64,000 nt of DNA. Source: Leucoraja ocellata. Taxonomy: Eukaryota. A program made the position numbers and the translations under genes. The stretch spans positions 124,001 to 188,000 of the forward strand of contig JAWMAR010000079.1 in NCBI GenBank assembly GCA_036785375.1, in the 5' to 3' direction. How positions within the stretch are numbered: the stretch's first letter is position 1; every line of letters starts with the position of its first letter. Of the stretch, positions 62,100 through 64,000 are shown piece by piece. Below the pieces are notes generated by a model, which was not told where the DNA came from, did not search any database, and saw nothing but the letters and a program-made list of their open reading frames with translations.

Positions 62100-63811
62100 C
62101 TGCAATCATAGCAAACTCACATTAACATGGACACATTCCTAAAGCTGTAGATAGCCACATTAACAATAACTTGCATTCATGATGCATTTTGAAAAATAGT
62201 GACATTGCTGGTCAGATAAAGGTTAAATAAATCAAACATGTATAGAACACAGAAACTGAAAAGCTATTTAGCCCCTCAGGCCTCTATCAAAATTCAGTGT
62301 GGCCTGATGTTTTAAGACCAAATGCTGGAAGGTGTTTGGATTATTATTTTATGACTGACACAAATACTGGCTGAATGACTCATTCAATATTGTAAATTAT
62401 TAAATATATTTAAATATAATCAAGCATTTTGGGGCTAAGAGAAGTCAATGGTTAGGCAGGGAGGTTAAGTTGAGGCCACAACCTGATTAATTATGATCTT
62501 AGTGAACCTGTAGGGCCTAATTGTATTATTAAATTTTCAGCTGCATTCTGACAAGACTCAGTACTTTGACTGGATCATGACCAATCTATTTAAGTGCCAT
62601 TTTCCAGAAATATCTCCACATCCCCAACTCCATCTTGGTTCTGAACAAATTCATGACAGAGTGTGCACTATGTAACAGGATAGGCCAGTAGAAACATCTT
62701 TCCTATGTCCACCTTGTTGAGCCCTAACTTTTCTAAATGCTCATACAATCTCTTGTTCATCTAAAAGCTCTTAACAATACAAGTCTGGCCAACTCAATCT
62801 TTCATGGAAAACAAATCATTCTCAGAACGAGTCTTGGGAACCTTCACTGCCCTCCTTGTGTAGTAGGTATACTTTCTTGCAGGATAAAGAGCAAATCTCT
62901 GCACATAACTCACCAATGCCCCCATATAATTACAGCAATACCTCTTTACTCCTGCACTCAAATCGTCTGATGATAAATAAGGATAACATACAATTTCCCT
63001 TTGTAATGCCTTGCTGAACCTGCATATTAACACACATAAACAATTCCAGATGATTGGAAGATCATACCCAGACCGTATACTATCTCTATCGCTACCTCTT
63101 TTAAAACTCTGAGAAATAAATGAAGGGAGTTTTGTACTTCTAGTACTTTAAATATATATATAATTTAATTATTAGACACTTTTCTGCTATTTCTGGCTGG
63201 ATTAATACATGAAGACATGGTAATTGTTTCTGTGCCATTTGCTTATACCATAATACAAATCCTCCCATCTCTTTCTGTCAGGGACCCATCTCTATCTGTG
63301 CTTGCCTTATTCTTTTTACACATCTATAGCAGATCATGCAGTCCAGTTTAAGTTTCCTGAGTGGATTTCTCACCTTAACAGAAATTCATGATCTGCTGAG
63401 ATGGACTGATGTGATGTAACTAAAATGCTGAGATTTTTATTTGATTAAATTTCCCCAAGTCCATTGGTGGGTTTGTTGGAGATGGGATTTGAATATTATC
63501 CTAACTGCCAAGCTGTTGCTATTATAGGATAAGGGAATGGAGGGACATGGATAACGTGCAGGCAGAACAGATTAGTTTAATTCGGCATCAGATTGGACAC
63601 AGACATCGTGAGCCAAAGGGCATGTTCCTGCGTTGCACTGTCCTATGTTCTAAGACTGGACAGATGAATGGTAAGATAGTGGCAAGGATTTGTGCATTTA
63701 TCTGGCACATGACCTAACCTGGAAATATTTGATTGAAAGGGATTCCATCTCCTGGCATGGCACAGCACAAGAGGACAATCCACTAAACACAAACTTTCTT
63801 TGTGGATTTAC

Positions 63812-63901
63812 CTTGAGTCGGTTTAATTGATCTTGTAAAGTGCTTTTGATCTTCAGTAGAGCTTCCTCTTCTTTTTTCAGCTCTTGTAGCCGACTCAACA
63901 T
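63812..63901 (-). CDS. SNAPC5: SNAPC5 coding exon 1
   Basis: MLSRLQELKKEEEALLKIKSTLQDQLNRLK then gtaaat donor; 90 bp; a possible acceptor at 63931-63932 suggests a further non-coding exon beyond the window. Confidence 0.95.
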
Positions 63902-64000
63902 TCTAAGCCTCACTGTGGTTTTCAGCTCACCTGCAAGATGTTTAATTCACTTGCTCTCAATCATACATTGCAGTCCTACCAGGAGCAGCTATCTATGTGT

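Overview
Eukaryotic (vertebrate) genomic DNA. The repeat content (CR1 LINE 3' ends, V-SINE/HE1-like SINEs, Penelope-like remnants) suggests a cartilaginous fish such as a skate or ray; this is inference. Four spliced genes were reconstructed by hand from GT-AG sites, phase continuity and remembered vertebrate orthologue sequences. (1) RPL4 exons 1-2 (- strand, continuing left of the window). (2) Complete ZWILCH (+, 18 coding exons, 2367-31787, 600 aa), sharing a short bidirectional promoter with RPL4. (3) Complete LCTL/gamma-Klotho (-, 13 coding exons, 33361-56173, about 566 aa), tail-to-tail with ZWILCH. (4) SNAPC5 coding exons (-, 60407-63901, 107 aa). Introns carry a decayed Tc1 transposon, hAT, PIF/Harbinger and Tc1/mariner-type MITEs with visible TIRs and TSDs, CR1 and Rex1/Babar-like LINE fragments, V-SINEs and Penelope-like 3' ends with hammerhead-ribozyme-like cores. 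The most notable observations are: a candidate LCTL cassette exon that would replace the transmembrane anchor with a soluble tail ending in a KDEL-like HDEV*; a decayed tandem duplicate of ZWILCH exon 5; a GC-rich non-autonomous retroelement family with a covarying 3' stem-loop; and SNAPC5 placed on the opposite side of the cluster relative to human. Most ORFs in the supplied track are spurious.
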